Assembly (NCBI GenBank): GCA_964247055.1
Contig: OZ176055.1
Span: 558,001-622,000, forward strand
Length of the DNA: 64,000 nucleotides
Source: Paragordius varius
Taxonomy: Eukaryota; Animalia; Nematomorpha
Direction: 5' to 3'
Shown here: piece after piece, positions 60,655 to 64,000 of the stretch
Position numbering within the stretch: position 1 is the stretch's first letter
How the letters are laid out: each line of letters opens with the position of its first letter
The notes under the pieces: generated by a model
The model's database searches: none
Told to the model about the DNA's origin: nothing
What the model saw: only the letters and a program-made list of their open reading frames with translations
Position numbers and translations under genes: made by a program

Positions 60655-62900
60655 AGTTGTTGAAAATTCTCATATTTCTCCCTCTTATTGCATTCCAGAA
60701 CAGGTAAAACGGAAAAATTAGTCTTTTGCTTAATTGAATAGCGAAAGAGTCACCTGGGAGTTTCCATATCGCAGCAAGTGAAATTCAGAATTTGCAAGGA
60801 AGGGACCATACGTTCCCATGATTTATGTAGCCATTCACTTCCTCCTATCCAGAGAAATATTGGCACATTTGTTTATGGGTTGGGGCTGAAATGAGTTTAA
60901 ATATTTTTTTAACTGTTTGATTAAGCTTCTCTAGAGCATATTTTTTGACCATAGTGTCATTTGAGTAAAGAAGTTTAAAGGTAGCATTAACTCTGAAGTC
61001 AAAATCGTTTTAGAGCTGGAATGCCCAGGGCTCTCTTACTCCTTGATGCAAAGGTATAATTGTTAGTAGCATCTTTTGGAAAGCCTAATATTGATTTTAC
61101 GATGCTTGACATATGTGTATTAAGTTTGTCACTAGTCACGTAATTAAATTGATTTAAACGAAAGTCATATGTTAGAGTTTGGTAATAAAAGTTGTTTATT
61201 GCATCTAACTTTTGCATAGTGGCAAGGTTGGATATCGCAATTTTGTCAAGTATTTCAATTACTGCGGGAAATGGTAGGGAATAACACTAATAGATTCCCT
61301 GATATTTTTTGGTGTTCTCCACAATTATTTTTATTTTGATTTTTCAGGATTAATAAGATGAACCCGATTCAATTCATTGACAATAAAATTAATAATATTT
61401 TGGTGATTATTATGGGATATGCAGATGATGTGATATGCATATAAATCAATCCCTTTATCGGGGGCCCGCTTGATGATGTTATTTAATCCAATTATAAATA
61501 GGAACCCTGAGAGTAGGCATCCTTGTTTGATGCCTTGATCCAGTTTGATCGGGTAAGACATATGTCGGAACGAATGGATGTGTAAGTATTTGATAGGGAA
61601 TTGGAGATTAGAGAGATAGGCTCTTCGAGACGCCTAGACTTTTCAGGTTATCGTGGATGGGTGGATTTGGAATTTTGTCGAATGCATTGGAGATAAAGGC
61701 ATCTGATATGGGCTTGCTTCCTCTTCTGTTTTTTGACGCCCTAATGACCAAGCTAGCCGCATATAAAGGCGGTTCATATTTAATGGTCAACAAATTACAT
61801 GCCCCTTAGCCAAAACAACCTATAAATACACTTTCAAAAAGTTCCCTCCTGTGTTTTAAAACCAAAATTTAACTGTGTTAAACAGAAGCGGAAATAAGCT
61901 TATATTACCTGCATCGATGCCTTTAAAATATTCGATAAATACCTCATGCAGTAATTCCTACCAACCTCAAAAGATAATTTATATCCGTTAACCGTGTCAC
62001 CCTAGTTACAAATATTCTTTCAAACGCTTACAAAGAAAAAGAGGGATTCTACATTTTAACTTCTTCATATAAACGACCCATTCATCAAAAACCATGCTAA
62101 TGAGAAACTAGTTAATACAGAAAAAAATTTAAATAAACTCAGTTCCAACACACGACCCAATTTGCAAATACGTGTCCGGTAATGAAGATGGTGCCAATTA
62201 ATATATTAATTATTTCATGTAAAGTTTTTTGCTTGCAAATCTTCTCGCCCTTGCCGCTACATGGAAACCTCTAGGCATTTCTATCGTTATTCAGCTCGGT
62301 GGCAATCTTATAGCTTTTAAATTGGAAAAATTTTATTGTAATATATTACAAAATGCAATAAGAAGTGAGTAAGTTGAGAATCTCTATTACCTCGTCAACC
62401 AAGGGATAATAATAAAATGTGTTGCTCTAAATCTGGTTAACCATTGCTTAATACACAGGCATTACATTGAGGCACAACAAGGTGGATAACTATATCAATT
62501 CGAGAAAAACATCCGAGAATCAAAAGATTGACGAGCCCAACCTCCTACCGGATTTAGTAATAAATGGGAATACCAATTGCTGGTACCTTTTAAAAAGAGA
62601 CATCATTAGACGACGCATAAAACACCACACTATATACATTCACTTGATCTGTAACCTTCAGAAAAATACTCCAACGATTATATCCCATTATAAGAGCTTT
62701 GCTCGTGGTACCCCCAGATTAATAGACTTTTTGATGATTTAAAATTAAAAGTCCAGTCGTATCAAACAAGAACACATCTCGGAAGTAATTAAATCATTTT
62801 GCGACATTTATCAGTAGTCGAAACATGTAGCCCCCAAGTAAAACGCCCATCGATATCTTACCCAACAATTAACCTCCGTGCCCAACCAAACATAATTTTG
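60655..62900. mobile_element. Heavily decayed, rearranged fragments of the RLE family (60655-61790 minus; about 61800-61980 and 62255-62900 plus)
   Basis: QKLDAINNFYY, LGFPKDATNNY and GIKQGCLLSG remnants; closest to the copy at 5550-7290; no adjoining U1. Confidence 0.8.
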
Positions 62901-63199
62901 TGAGTGCTCCATTCATACTTTATCTTCCCAGCCCCCGTTGTCTTCTTTCCTACTTTTTAATGATTTATTTGCTTCGGGAAAAAGAAATTTTTGGCTTACA
63001 ACAATCATCCTCATCAGGTCGTTGTTTCTCCAGCATTAGCCAGCTCCCAAATTCTCGAAATAATTTGCGATTGAGACAGATGTCTTTGTTTTTCTCAATT
63101 ATGATGTGGCTGCCTCGTCTTAAATTGTCATTAAGATGAAAGGACCTAAATTTGTTAATCCAACCATAAAAGCGTTCAATATGGCCCTAATAGATGAGA

Positions 63200-63960
63200 C
63201 GATTTGCTCTGAAAAAAGAAGACATAGGTTTATTTTTTTTAATAGATGCTGCTATAATCTACTTTATTCATATTGACCAATAGCCAAAAATCGCGTTGAC
63301 GAGGAGCTAAATAATACAATTATAATTGAAACTACATCTCCTTCGACCATGACCAAGTGTGATAATACATGGCTGCTAATGAAGGAAGTGCCAAAGGCCG
63401 TTTTAATTATTCATTGTATAGTGTTTTGTTTGGATTTATCCTTGTAACATGAAAATTTTGAAATAAACACTCATCAAATTATGTTGAATAATTATAGCAT
63501 AGGAATTAAATTTTTTCAAGATATAATGTGACCAAAGGCTAATACATTCATCACCTTGCGTACCAAAGGAGATTGATGGATGCTATAGATAATCCTACCA
63601 AACCTCTGTGTTTTTTTTAAACAAAGAATGCAATTTATTATCTTACTCAATTTCAAGGTTGCATAATTGTAGGCATTTATCAGTCTGACATGTTGAAAAA
63701 ATCTATCCGATTTGAAAAGGGACATGGTTATTTACATTTTTTTGTGTAACCTGATTTATTGATAAGTGATAACCCCACCCCTCTTATTCCTGGTTACATC
63801 TTTATATCCGCATTCGGTAAAGGCATATTTAGCCGATCCGTTTAATGAAGAGTTTCATGAAGAAAAGTTTTTATCAAAGACTATTATCCAATTTATTTTG
63901 ATCATAGTTAAACCAATAATAACAGTGTTTTATGTTCAGGTTTACTGACACCTTAAATGT
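63200..63960 (-). mobile_element. Possible decayed APE-endonuclease LINE fragment
   Basis: Broken frames TVIIGLT..., LYRM...NKRGG and FGRIIYSIHQSP loosely resemble APE motifs. Confidence 0.35.
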
Positions 63961-64000
63961 TAGAACATTTAATTTTACAAAATTAAATTTTTTTACTCTA

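Overview
AT-rich eukaryotic window, probably from an arthropod or insect (the U1 sequences resemble insect U1). It is a U1 snRNA gene cluster overrun by one family of restriction-like-endonuclease (RLE) non-LTR retrotransposons. I find 11 U1 loci of two divergent isoforms, U1a (4 loci) and U1b (7 loci), arranged ancestrally as a head-to-head pair about 1.4 kb apart. Only one pair is intact (46681-46842 minus; 48254-48417 plus). The other 9 loci have the 3' end of a retrotransposon copy joined in the sense orientation at the same position, just before U1 nt 22. One full-length-sized copy (13062-17402 minus, about 4.3 kb, coding frame broken) keeps both U1 junctions. It shows three N-terminal zinc fingers, an RT, a CCHC knuckle and a PD-(D/E)xK RLE, an architecture like Utopia/NeSL, but the target is U1 rather than U2. 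The cluster forms a large inverted structure with many 5'-to-5' element fusions, apparent gene-conversion tracts, an antisense element remnant behind every U1b, and an older RLE fossil downstream of U1a. It also contains two hAT (Charlie-like) elements with 8-bp TSDs, a Helitron, TA- and TTAA-type MITEs, and two intact-looking copies of a spliced gene for a 50-aa secreted peptide that the ORF track misses. All alignments and identities were judged by eye; no searches were run.
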